From an uncultured Chloroflexia bacterium (lineage in GTDB: Bacteria > Chloroflexota > Limnocylindria > Limnocylindrales > CSP1-4): DNA of 64,000 bases. Positions 1 to 8,935 of the stretch are shown in pieces. Every line of letters starts with the position of its first letter. Position 1 is the first letter of the stretch. The stretch covers positions 360,889-424,888 of the forward strand of contig CAVTIN010000004.1 of NCBI GenBank assembly GCA_963734895.1. The letters run 5' to 3'. The position numbers were made by a program, and so were the translations under genes. The notes below the pieces were generated by a model that ran no database searches, was not told the origin of the DNA, and saw only the letters and a program-made list of their open reading frames with translations.

Positions 1-195
1 GCGCGGCACCATCGACGGGCGCGGTCTCGGGCGGTGGCTGGAGGTCGGGACGCTCGCTCACCGGGTCAGCCTAGGACGAGGTAACGCAATGGGCAAGGTC
101 TGTGGGGGGTCACGAACGCCTGCGGGCGGCCCCCGAAACGCGCCCTTCGTCGACCGGTCGATGGCACCGCTGATCGGCGCGCCGGAGCGCTCGCG

Positions 196-732
196 ATGAG
201 CGAGCCGCCGAAGGTCCGCCGCGCTATCGAGCACGACGTGGACGCGATCGTCGGCCTTCACGCTCGCTCGTGGCAGGTCGCCTACCGCGGGCTCGTTCCC
301 GACGAGATGATCGATCGGGTCGTCTCAGAGCGAGCAGTTCGTGCCGAGCGTATCCGCGCTGTCGTGACCGACGCCGATGGACCGAGGCGAGCCTGGGTGA
401 TCGTCGATCGGGGCGTCGTGGTCGGGTTCTCGATCGTGGGTCCCAGTCGCGATCCGGACGCGGCGGACGACACCGGTGAGGTGCACACCATCTACCTCCA
501 TCCCGACGCGTTAGGAAAGGGCATCGGGCGCGCCCTGTTCGAGCGGGTGACCCGGGACCTCCGTGACCAGGGGTTCGCGCGGGCGATGCTGTGGGTGCTC
601 GAGGCGAACGCGCGCGCCCGACGGTTCTACGAGGCCGCGGGCTGGGCGTTCGATGGCACCATCCGGGACGACGTGCGTCCTGCCGGGATCGTGCGCAACG
701 CTCGGTACCGGCGCGATCTCCGCGCCGGGTGA
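196..732 (+). CDS. GNAT family N-acetyltransferase
   Basis: 178-aa ORF with a GNAT-style acetyl-CoA region (HPDALGKGIGRALFERV) and a C-terminal RRFYEAAGW motif. G/C-rich third positions. Confidence 0.8.
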   Translation: MSEPPKVRRAIEHDVDAIVGLHARSWQVAYRGLVPDEMIDRVVSERAVRAERIRAVVTDADGPRRAWVIVDRGVVVGFSIVGPSRDPDAADDTGEVHTIYLHPDALGKGIGRALFERVTRDLRDQGFARAMLWVLEANARARRFYEAAGWAFDGTIRDDVRPAGIVRNARYRRDLRAG

Positions 733-739
733 CGCTGGC

Positions 740-1303
740 TCAGGTCGACTCGTGTGCCGGACGATCGAGGTGGAACACCAGCTCCTCGCCGTCGAACTCG
801 TCCATCTGCACGCCCACCTGGTGGAAGCCGAATGCGCGGATGATCGCCAGGGAGGCGTCATTGCCGGGCGAGACCGAGGCGCGGAACCGGTGGCAGCCCT
901 GCGACTCCGCCCACTCGAGCAACGCCGCAACGCACTCGGTCGCGATCCCGCGCCGGCGATAGGCCGCCTCGACCCGATAGCCGATCTCTGCCCGACCGTC
1001 ATCATCGGGCGGCGCATGGAACCCGATCGTCCCGATCAGCTCACGCCGCCCATCGGGGTGTGTCCAGATGATCCCGCGTCCCAGCCAGGGCTGGCTGGCG
1101 GGGTCGGCCGCGAGCGTCGGGATCCGGTAGTCGAGGAAGTGGCCCAGCTGCTCGCGAAGGTCGGACGGCAGCGTTGCGCCCATCTCACGTGCTGCTCCGT
1201 CGCGGTCGCCCCCGACGAGCGCCTGCATGAACGCGAGCGACATCGAGGCGAGCTCGACCCGTGGTGTGCGGATGACCAGGGTCGCCGGGGGAAAGGGATG
1301 CAT
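740..1303 (-). CDS. GNAT family N-acetyltransferase
   Basis: 187-aa ORF with YRRRGIATECVAALLEWAE and NDASLAIIRAFGFHQVG motifs, typical of RimJ/RimL-like GNATs. Confidence 0.8.
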   Translation of the reverse strand: MHPFPPATLVIRTPRVELASMSLAFMQALVGGDRDGAAREMGATLPSDLREQLGHFLDYRIPTLAADPASQPWLGRGIIWTHPDGRRELIGTIGFHAPPDDDGRAEIGYRVEAAYRRRGIATECVAALLEWAESQGCHRFRASVSPGNDASLAIIRAFGFHQVGVQMDEFDGEELVFHLDRPAHEST

Positions 1304-1363
1304 CGGGGCGAGGATACCCGGGGGCGTGCCCGCGGTCAGTCCTCGCGGGCGACCATCGGTGGG

Positions 1364-1618
1364 TCAGGAGAGGCGCATCCACCGGCCCAGCCACAGCTCG
1401 GCCTCTCCCGAGCGGCGGTCGGCGTCGAACTGGTCGAGGCCCTCGCGTTCGGCGGCCGTCGGGGCATCGAGCGCATCCGTGTGGGCGCTCGCGAACCTCG
1501 ACCGGAAGCGGCCGGAGAGGCGCTCGAGGAGGCCGAGGCCGCGTTGTGTCGCCGCCGGTGTCCCCGTTGTCATGTTCAGTCCGGCTTCGCGGACCCGGTA
1601 ATCCTTCGTGGCGACCAT
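1364..1618 (-). CDS. hypothetical small protein, divergent from MarR
   Basis: Open frame with strong GC3 bias, taken from the internal ATG (MVATKDYRVREAG...). No family recognised. The start could be 1660. Confidence 0.4.
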   Translation of the reverse strand: MVATKDYRVREAGLNMTTGTPAATQRGLGLLERLSGRFRSRFASAHTDALDAPTAAEREGLDQFDADRRSGEAELWLGRWMRLS

Positions 1619-1649
1619 CGCATTGCCCTCTGCGACTCCGGGACCAGAT

Positions 1650-1742
1650 CTCGATGTCAAGACTCTCGATCTCGAAGTATATTCGGACTCTACGACCTAA
1701 AGACTCTCGATGTCAAGAGGTATGACCAAGAGAATCTTGACA
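1650..1742. promoter_or_regulatory. candidate MarR operator/promoter region with recurring TGTCAAGA half-sites
   Basis: Locally AT-richer intergenic region. The 13-nt CTCGATGTCAAGA occurs at 1650-1662 and 1706-1718, and AAGACTCTCGAT at 1659-1670 and 1700-1711. The inverted copy TCTTGACA at 1735-1742 forms an inverted pair with 1711-1718. TTGACA (1737-1742) lies 17 nt from ATACTC, just upstream of the MarR ATG at 1771, which suggests a short or absent leader. Confidence 0.5.
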
Positions 1743-1770
1743 CCATGCCTGGATTGTTGATACTCGAGAC

Positions 1771-2346
1771 ATGGACGACGACGACGAACAGCTCGACAAG
1801 GTCGATCAGTGGCTCAGGGTGTGGGAGCGTGAGATCCCGGATCTCGACTCGCTGACGGAGGGGATCGTCGAGCGGATCAACATCCTGGACAAGGCGTTCG
1901 ACCGGTCGATGCAGGAGACGATGGCCGCGTACGGCCTCGACCGGCGTTCGTACGGCCTGCTCGGCCGGCTGCGCAGCTACGGACCGCCGTACCAGCGCTC
2001 GCCCGGCCAGCTGGCATCGGACATGCACCTGTCCAGTGGCGCGATGACCAATCGCCTCGACCGCATGGAAGCCGCGGGCCTGATCCGTCGTCTTCCGGAT
2101 CCCGACGATCGACGGGGCACCATCATCGAGCCGACCGAGGAGGGTCACGCGACGTGGGATCGGACCGTCGGTACGCAGGCGCGCCGCGAGGCGATGATCG
2201 CGTCGGTCCTCGATCCCGCCGAGCGCGCGGAGCTGTTCCGCCTGCTACGGCACCTCATGCGGGCGTTCCCCGATGAAGGGCACACGCTCCCCGCGGAGCA
2301 TGCGGCCAAGGCGGAAGCCCATGCGGAGAGCGGCCGGACCGCCTGA
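1771..2346 (+). CDS. MarR family transcriptional regulator
   Basis: 191-aa ORF with a winged-helix segment SPGQLASDMHLSSGAMTNRLDRMEAAGLIRRLPDPDDRRG, characteristic of MarR. Confidence 0.85.
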   Translation: MDDDDEQLDKVDQWLRVWEREIPDLDSLTEGIVERINILDKAFDRSMQETMAAYGLDRRSYGLLGRLRSYGPPYQRSPGQLASDMHLSSGAMTNRLDRMEAAGLIRRLPDPDDRRGTIIEPTEEGHATWDRTVGTQARREAMIASVLDPAERAELFRLLRHLMRAFPDEGHTLPAEHAAKAEAHAESGRTA

Positions 2347-2367
2347 CCCGACGATCGGCGGCGAGGC

Positions 2368-3333
2368 TCAGGCGCCGGAGCCGGCGGCCTGCCGTTCGGC
2401 GTCGCGAAGATAGGCCAGGACCCGCGGGTCGATCCAGCCGGACGCTGCCGTTCGCTCCTCGAGGTTCTCGACGGCCATCCAGGCGAGGAAGCGCTCCTGC
2501 CAGCCGGCGTCCCAGCCCTCGGGAAGTGGCCGGGGTTCACCCACGAACGGACGGTCCTGCTCGGGCTGGCTTTCATCAGGCCACATCGGTGCGTAAACCG
2601 GCTCGCCGGTGGTGTCGGGTCCCCACCCGAGCCGTCCGAGGGCGGCCCGGAGCTCACCGGCCAGCGCCGCGTCCACGGCGATCAGCTCGGACACTGCTGG
2701 GCGCTCCAGGTACAGGTGCGTCAGGTCGAGCAGCCGGCCGAGCTCGGCGATCGGGTCCGGGTGGTCGTCCACGCGAAGGTCGATCCAGCGGTCGTTGCCC
2801 CCGCCGTAGCCCCCGCCCTCACGAACGATCAGAAGCGCGGCCGACTGGCGCCCGCGTCGGTCGCCGCCGGCGGCGTCGGCGGCCGCGAGGCACGCGACGA
2901 GGAGCTCCGGGAACGGCTTGGCGCCGGCCTCGAACGTATCCGCCATCCCGTCCACGACCGCCGAACCAGCCAGGATGTTGCCCTGCGCCGCGTAGTCGGC
3001 ACCCGTGCGTCCGCCGGCCCACGCGAAGCACGAGCGACCGGTGAAGGTCGCCGCCCCGCCGCGCGCGTCGACGATGCCAGCCTGGCGCTCCTCGCGCATG
3101 CCATCGGCCTCCACGAGCGCGGCCAGCGCCCGCGTGGCGGTATCGCCACCTTCGAGAAGTGCCAGCCCGTCAGGCCCGAAGCGGACGTTCGCGTACGACT
3201 GGGTGGCGATCGCACCAACCCCCGCGCGCGCCCATGGAACGACCGACCCGACGGCCAGGAAGCGTGACTGGACCGCAACGCCAAGGTCACCGGTCGCGCG
3301 ATCTCGCGCGACGATCGAGAACGTCACGGCCAT
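2368..3333 (-). CDS. DUF1028 (Ntn-hydrolase-like) family protein with C-terminal extension
   Basis: The N-terminus MAVTFSIVARDRATGDLGVAVQSRFLAVGSVVPWARAGVGAIATQS matches my memory of the DUF1028 start (TFSIVA..D...G.GVA..S). Confidence 0.65.
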   Translation of the reverse strand: MAVTFSIVARDRATGDLGVAVQSRFLAVGSVVPWARAGVGAIATQSYANVRFGPDGLALLEGGDTATRALAALVEADGMREERQAGIVDARGGAATFTGRSCFAWAGGRTGADYAAQGNILAGSAVVDGMADTFEAGAKPFPELLVACLAAADAAGGDRRGRQSAALLIVREGGGYGGGNDRWIDLRVDDHPDPIAELGRLLDLTHLYLERPAVSELIAVDAALAGELRAALGRLGWGPDTTGEPVYAPMWPDESQPEQDRPFVGEPRPLPEGWDAGWQERFLAWMAVENLEERTAASGWIDPRVLAYLRDAERQAAGSGA

Positions 3334-3580
3334 GCCTCCTGTCGCTCGTGCCGGCGGTCCGGCGGCTGTCCGCCGCGGCGACGGTCGCGCGCCGCGCTGG
3401 CCGACCCATCATCCGCCCGTCAGCGCAGGCGCGCACGCGAGCCATGTGCGCGTTCGGCGAGGCGACGCCGGTGGTCCTCAACCCGGACCGTTCGGGGTTC
3501 GTGGAACCGTCAGACGAACAGCTCGATGCGATCGTCGCGCGTCCACGGCTCGACGGCTGACTGGAAGCGGACGGTCTCGC

Positions 3581-4931
3581 TCACGCGCCGTCGGCCGCGC
3601 CGGGTCCTGCCGCGGCCGCCAGGGCGTCGGCGTACTTTTCGAGGGCGGTGGCCGCCTTCGAGAGCGGCCCCATCACGATCGGGGTGCAGGCGGCCGTGCA
3701 CCGGCGGGCGAACGCCGCCGCCTCGCGCAGCCGCTCCTCCATGACCACCCACGCCGCGTCCCGGTGGGGAAGCAGGTAGTCGACCTCGTAGAACAGCTCG
3801 AACGTCGGTCCCGCGGTGGCACCCGGATGGTCGAGCCCGATCGGCAGCCTGGTGAGCACGGTCCCGAGCGGCTTGACGGCGGTGTACATGAGACCCACCG
3901 CGACATCGGCCAGGACGCCCAGCTGTTCGTCGGTCTCGTCGGTGTGCGCGAAGTAGCGCGACAGGACCTGGAGCAGGACCTCGTTGACGACGTTGAGCAG
4001 GTCCATCGCCCGCGCCGTCCCCGGGTCCGTGATCGTGGGCATCGCCGGGCCGACCGCCGTCGGACGGACGCGAGCGGCGACGACGGGCCGGGCGGGCTCG
4101 AAGTCGGGATCCTCTGCCTGCATCTTCGACAGCTCCTCGAGGATCCCGCAGCAGGCGCCCGAAGTGTGCATCGCGCCATTCGCCGCGTGCCCCCTCGCCC
4201 TGCTCGACGATCGTGTCGATCGCCCGGCGCGCGGACTCGAGGTCCACGACCGCGACCAGCTCCGGCCACCGGAAGTGCTCCTCGGTGGCCTGCGCGTTCG
4301 GCTGGCCGACGAACAGACGCTCCGGCCCGAGCCGCTCGGCGAGATGCTCGAGCCCGACCTCGACCGACCGGTACAGCTGCCCGATCGTCTCGAAGTCCTG
4401 GAGCTGCGGCGCGATCTCGTCTTCCTCGTCGCGCGGCAGCGGCGTCGCCTGCCCGAGCGCGGCGAAGCCCTCCGCATCGTCGAACGCCATGCCCATCGGC
4501 CGCTCGAGATAGGCGAAGTGGCGGAGCGCCGCCTCACCGAACGGGAAGAGGCCGACCTGGACGCCGGCCGGATAGAGATGCGGGGGAACCGGGAAGTTGG
4601 GCCTGGCCAGCCGGGGCGCGCCGCCAACCGCGGTCAGCAGGTTCTGGACCAGGGCGAGGTGGAGCATCTCCTGCTCGGCAATCCCGCTCAGGGTCCTGCG
4701 CCAGCGCTGGGTCGCGGCCGTCTGGGTCGTCGTCAGGCCGTCGGCCTCGCCCTGCTTGAGCGAGAAGGCGGCGTACAGGTATTGGAGCATGATGAGGTGC
4801 TCCAGCTCGGCTGCCTTGCCCAGCGTGTAGATGAGCGCCTCGCGGTGCTCGAGGCGGACCTGGCCGCCGGCCGGCGTGCCGCCGCGGACCTCGATGACGT
4901 GCGCGAGCGGGCCGCGCTGGACCTCCGGCCC
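3581..4931 (-). pseudogene. ferritin-like domain protein (PF12902-like), disrupted by a frameshift and lacking a usable start
   Basis: The N-terminal half is in the frame of ORF 3510..4790 (ELEHLIMLQYLYAAFSLKQ... LHLALVQNLL). The C-terminal half continues in the frame of ORF 3581..4627 (GILEELSKMQAEDPDFEPARP...). The junction lies near 4148-4160. Conserved-looking residues extend upstream of the first ATG as far as an in-frame TGA at 4932-4934. Confidence 0.6.
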
Positions 4932-5168
4932 TCAGACACCGGCGTGGCGAAGCGCCGCGATCAGGCGTTGCGCCTGTTCCCGATCCTTGGCGTTCGGATG
5001 CTCGTGGTCGGCCATGATCCCGCAGTACACGTCGTGGATCGCCTGGGTCATGGTGTCCTCGTCGGCGAGCGCGACGCCCCGCTGCTCGAGCTCGCTCATC
5101 GCGGCGTCGGGACCGTCACGGTGCATCGCTTGGTCGAGGGCTTCGCGCATCGTCATCATCTGGGACAC
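4932..5168 (-). CDS. hypothetical 78-aa protein, in the same frame as the downstream ferritin-like gene
   Basis: ATG-started ORF with GC3 bias. Its TGA stop is in frame with the ferritin-like reading frame that follows. Confidence 0.45.
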   Translation of the reverse strand: MSQMMTMREALDQAMHRDGPDAAMSELEQRGVALADEDTMTQAIHDVYCGIMADHEHPNAKDREQAQRLIAALRHAGV

Positions 5169-5232
5169 CTCCTGCGCCGAATCTAGCCGTCGGGCGCGTC
5201 TTCGTCATCCCGGTGGTGCCGAAAGCTCTCAC

Positions 5233-6114
5233 CTACCCGGCGCTGGCGGCGAGGTCGTCGAAGATCATCCCGATCGATTCCGCCTGCAGCGACAGATGGC
5301 CGTGATCGGCGAGGAGACGGGCGTGGACGCCGGGGATCCGCCCGGCGAGCCAGCGGCCATGGGCGAACGGCACCATCCGATCCTGTTCGCCCTGCCATAC
5401 CGTGACCGGGATCCTGATCGATTCGAGGCCGAAGCCCCACGGCTTCGTGAACGCCAGGTCGTCGTCATGCCAGCCCCAGGTCCCGCTGCGCAGGCTGGCG
5501 CGGATGTCGGCCGCGAGCGAGTCGGCCATCTCGCCCGTGAGGGCCGCGCGGTCCACCTCGGGAACGAGATCGCCAAAGGCTGCGGCGATCTGTGCCCCGG
5601 TTGCCGTATCGAACGCGGGGGCGGCGGCATCGAGGAACGTGGCGAGGTCCGCTGAGCCGGCGACGGCCGCGCCGAACTCCTCGATGTTCTCTGCGCCCAT
5701 TCCGGCCAGGAAGTCGAGGCCGTCCGCTTCGTATGGGGCGACGCTCCCGATCGTCGCCGCGGCGGCCACCCGGTCCGGCAGCAGCGCCGCAGTGGCCAGC
5801 GCGTGCGGGCCTCCGCCGGAGATGCCCAGCGTCAGCACGCGCCCCGCACCCAGCGCGTCGAGGACTGCAACCACGTCTGGCGCAACGTCGGCGACGGCCC
5901 GCCCGGCGCGCCGCGTCGAATCGCCGTAGCCAGGGCGAACGATGCAGACGTAGCGGAGGTCGCGCTCGGCGGCCGCCGCGATCCAAGTGGGTGAGGGGAG
6001 CCCGGCACCAGGCGACCCATGGTGGAACAGGAGGATCCGGCCGCGCTCGGGTCCGACGATCCGAACCTCGAGCTGCCGGCCATCCGGCATCGGGATCAGG
6101 CGCTGTTCGGTCAT
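5233..6114 (-). CDS. alpha/beta hydrolase
   Basis: 293-aa ORF with an HHGSPG oxyanion-type motif, the nucleophile elbow GISGGG, and a C-terminal DHGH. Confidence 0.8.
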   Translation of the reverse strand: MTEQRLIPMPDGRQLEVRIVGPERGRILLFHHGSPGAGLPSPTWIAAAAERDLRYVCIVRPGYGDSTRRAGRAVADVAPDVVAVLDALGAGRVLTLGISGGGPHALATAALLPDRVAAAATIGSVAPYEADGLDFLAGMGAENIEEFGAAVAGSADLATFLDAAAPAFDTATGAQIAAAFGDLVPEVDRAALTGEMADSLAADIRASLRSGTWGWHDDDLAFTKPWGFGLESIRIPVTVWQGEQDRMVPFAHGRWLAGRIPGVHARLLADHGHLSLQAESIGMIFDDLAASAG

Positions 6115-6165
6115 GTCGGCAGCATGCGCCTTCCCCGATTTCCGCGCGCCGCAGACGGCGGGTGG

Positions 6166-7033
6166 CTAGCTCAGGCGGTACTGGTCCACGTCGGTGACCG
6201 GCTCGTAGCCGATCGCCTGGTAGACGTGGTTCGACGTCGGGTTGGCGAGGTCGGTGAACAGGAAGCAGAAGCGTCCGGCCCTGGTCCAGGAGCGCCTGGC
6301 TTGCCGCCGCGACCAGCGCGCTCGCGTATCCGCGCCTGCGATCCTCGGGCGGCGTATAAACGGGCCCGATCCGGATCCCGTTCGGCGTCGGCGACCCGGA
6401 GCCGGCGAACGAGACGACGCGGCCGTCCACCTCCCACAGCCACGCGGTCCGATCACGCTCGTGCAGCCAGCGGTCCACCTTGCGGTCGACGTCAGCACGC
6501 GACTCGTCGTCGGGGAGGGCCTCCCGGCGGAACGCCTCGATCCACGCAGCGAGAAGGGCGCGATCCTGCTCTGCTGCGCGCCGCATGACACCCGGCGTTG
6601 GCCGCGGTGAGATCACCTTCGACAATCGGTAGATCCGCTCCTCGACGACGAGCGCCGCCGGCTGACCGGTCACCTCGGACCACTTGTCGACGAACGGCCC
6701 GACCGTCGCCTTCGGTCCGAGCACGCCCGGCAGGTCGGGAGTCATGCCGCGCACGTCGTCGATCAGCAACCCGACCGCGTCGGCGATCGAGCCCGCGGCG
6801 ACGCCGGGCTCAGACAGGATGAGGTGGTGCGGCGGGGTGCGGACGGCGAGCAGCGCGACTGCCTCCTGGTCGATGACCGCGGCGAGGTAGGGCGGATCAG
6901 GGTAGACCTCGGGATGGTCGCGAAGCGTGCCCAGGATGCCGAGCGGCAGGTTGTGCTCGGCCTCCCGGGCCGCGAGATAGTCGCCGGCCTCCGCGAGCAT
7001 CGCCTCGGCCGAGGGAAAGTGCGTGAGCTCCAC
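6166..7033 (-). pseudogene. GNAT family acetyltransferase with a single frameshift
   Basis: The N-terminal 250 aa are in the frame of ORF 5465..7033 (..RRRGYASALVAAASQALLDQGR). The GNAT C-terminus (FCFLFTDLANPTSNHVYQAIGYEPV..) is in the frame of ORF 6166..6591. The junction lies near 6270-6280. Confidence 0.6.
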
Positions 7034-7176
7034 CGCCCGACCTTACGTCAACGACGCGGCGAGTCAACCCGGGATCCACGACGACGGCGGGGCGGCCGGG
7101 CCACCGGCTCGAGGACGGCACGACCAGCGAGGTCGGCGATCGACCCGGCCGTGCCGGTGGGAACGGGCGACGGGCG

Positions 7177-7650
7177 TCAGCCGAGATGTGGAACGTGGTC
7201 CGGGTAGTGGGCGGTCGAGTCCGAGATGACCGTCTCCGCGAGGCTGCCGTCGAGCCAGGGGTGCGGGTTCTCGGCGAACAGCTCCTCCTCGGACGAGCCC
7301 TCGACGGCGGCCACGAGGCGGGCGAACGAGGCGGCCTCTCCCCTGCGGACATCGGCGGGTGAGCGGCCCCGGTTCTCGGCCAGGATCCGCTCGTTCCAGG
7401 CATCCGCGTCCCACTCCGAATCGTCGCCCGGGTAGGGATCAACGCCGGTGCGGGAGCCCTCGATGACGTTCGTCGAATGGTCGTTCCACCATTCCACGTG
7501 CGCCAGGACGTCCTTGCGCGTCCAGCCCGCCATGTCCAGTGCCGGCCCGGCCAGCGCCTCGTCGTCCACCGCACCGGCCGCGGCCTCGATAGGCGCGTGG
7601 GCATCGTGCATGGCAGCGAGCAGCTCGATCTTGTCCATGGCGCGCAGCAT
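7177..7650 (-). CDS. DinB/ClbS-like four-helix-bundle protein
   Basis: 157-aa ORF with WTRKDVLAHVEWWNDHS and a C-terminal HYPDH, reminiscent of the ClbS/DfsB or DinB superfamily. Confidence 0.55.
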   Translation of the reverse strand: MLRAMDKIELLAAMHDAHAPIEAAAGAVDDEALAGPALDMAGWTRKDVLAHVEWWNDHSTNVIEGSRTGVDPYPGDDSEWDADAWNERILAENRGRSPADVRRGEAASFARLVAAVEGSSEEELFAENPHPWLDGSLAETVISDSTAHYPDHVPHLG

Positions 7651-7737
7651 ACTGGGGGCCGGCGACTCCGCCCGCCCCAGGTCGCGAAACTCGGGCGCCA
7701 GGATTGCTGGAGCGACCTACCAGGATCCCGAGGTCCT

Positions 7738-8916
7738 ATGAGCTCAGCGCCCCAACCCGCCTGCTTCCTGATCGCCGACATCTCCGGGTACACCGGCTAC
7801 CTCGCCGATGTCGAGCTCGACCATGCGCAGGACATCCTTGCGGACCTGATCGGGGCCGTGGTCAGCGCGCTCCGGCCGAACTTCCGGCTGGCGAAGCTCG
7901 AGGGCGATGCCGCGTTCACCCACGCCGCGGTGGAGCGGATCGACGGGTCGATGCTGCTGGACACGATCGAGCGCTGCTACTTCGGGTTCCGCCGGCGCCG
8001 CCGCGACGTCCGCCAGGCGACCTCGTGCGAGTGCAACGCGTGCAGCCGGATCCCGGACCTTGACCTCAAGTTCGTGGTCCACCATGGCGAGGCGATCGTC
8101 CAGAAGGTCGCGGGCCGCCAGGAGCTGCTCGGATCGGACGTGATCGTCGTCCACCGGCTGCTCAAGAACGACATCGTCGAGAAGCTCGGGATGAGCGCCT
8201 ACGCGCTGCTCACGCAGGTGTGCGTCGATGCGGCCGATATCGAGCCGGCGGCTCTGGGCATGCGTGCGCACACCGAGACGTACGACCGGATCGGGGACGT
8301 TCCCGCGTGGGCCCACGACCTGGAGCGCCGCTGGCAGCAGGAAGAAGAGCGCGCGCGGGTGTTCGTGAGCCCCGATGAGTCGATCCTCACGGTCTCGGTG
8401 CCGACCAAGGCTCCGCCGCAGGTCGCCTGGGAGTTCCTGACCAAGCCCGGGCAGCGGATGCTGTGGCAGCCGTGGGTGACCGAGGTCACGATCAAGGGCG
8501 CGACGGGCGGGCGGCGCGGGCTCGGCTCGGCCAACCACTGCCGGCACGGCAAGGACGCGGTGATCGAGGAGATCCTCGACTGGCGCCCCTACGACTACGT
8601 CACCGACCGGACGATCCTCGACACGCCCGCAGGGCCGCTGAAGCTGCCGCACACGATCGAATTCGAGCCGGTCCCCGACGGGACGGTGATCCACATGCGG
8701 TTCGGACCGCCGAAGGCGAAGAAGGACCTCGCGCTCGCCGCGGAGGTCGGCTCCCACTACGGCGACGCGCTCCGGTCGCGGCTCCCGACGCTGGTGGAGC
8801 TGCTCGACGCCGAGCTCGCGGCCCGGGAGACCGACCGCGGCCCCGAACCGGAGCTCGCGGCGCCGAGACCGGACGGACCGCTCGCGGGGCTCCAGTCGCT
8901 GGTCATCATCGACTGA
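7738..8916 (+). CDS. DUF2652 domain protein fused to an SRPBCC (START/polyketide-cyclase-like) domain
   Basis: The internal ATG at 7738 gives MSSAPQPACFLIADISGYTGYLADVELDHAQDIL (DUF2652-like). The C-terminal half (PPQVAWEFLTKPGQRMLWQPWV..) looks SRPBCC. The upstream part of ORF 7477.. overlaps the previous gene. Confidence 0.65.
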   Translation: MSSAPQPACFLIADISGYTGYLADVELDHAQDILADLIGAVVSALRPNFRLAKLEGDAAFTHAAVERIDGSMLLDTIERCYFGFRRRRRDVRQATSCECNACSRIPDLDLKFVVHHGEAIVQKVAGRQELLGSDVIVVHRLLKNDIVEKLGMSAYALLTQVCVDAADIEPAALGMRAHTETYDRIGDVPAWAHDLERRWQQEEERARVFVSPDESILTVSVPTKAPPQVAWEFLTKPGQRMLWQPWVTEVTIKGATGGRRGLGSANHCRHGKDAVIEEILDWRPYDYVTDRTILDTPAGPLKLPHTIEFEPVPDGTVIHMRFGPPKAKKDLALAAEVGSHYGDALRSRLPTLVELLDAELAARETDRGPEPELAAPRPDGPLAGLQSLVIID

Positions 8917-8935
8917 CGACAGGCCGGCCGGGTCG

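Noticed and set aside
3005-4759. 584-aa ORF on the plus strand
   Set aside because: It is an Arg/Pro/Ala-rich shadow ORF opposite the ferritin-like gene, has no recognisable motifs, and is typical of high-GC antisense frames.
4932-4934. In-frame TGA read as selenocysteine or programmed read-through
   Set aside because: I could recognise no SECIS-like element or selenoprotein context. A mutation, a sequencing error or a genuinely separate small ORF are simpler explanations.
5465-6270. C-terminal half of the 522-aa ORF 5465..7033
   Set aside because: Downstream of the frameshift it is an Arg/Pro-rich translation overlapping the alpha/beta hydrolase gene. The real GNAT C-terminus is in the frame ending at 6166.
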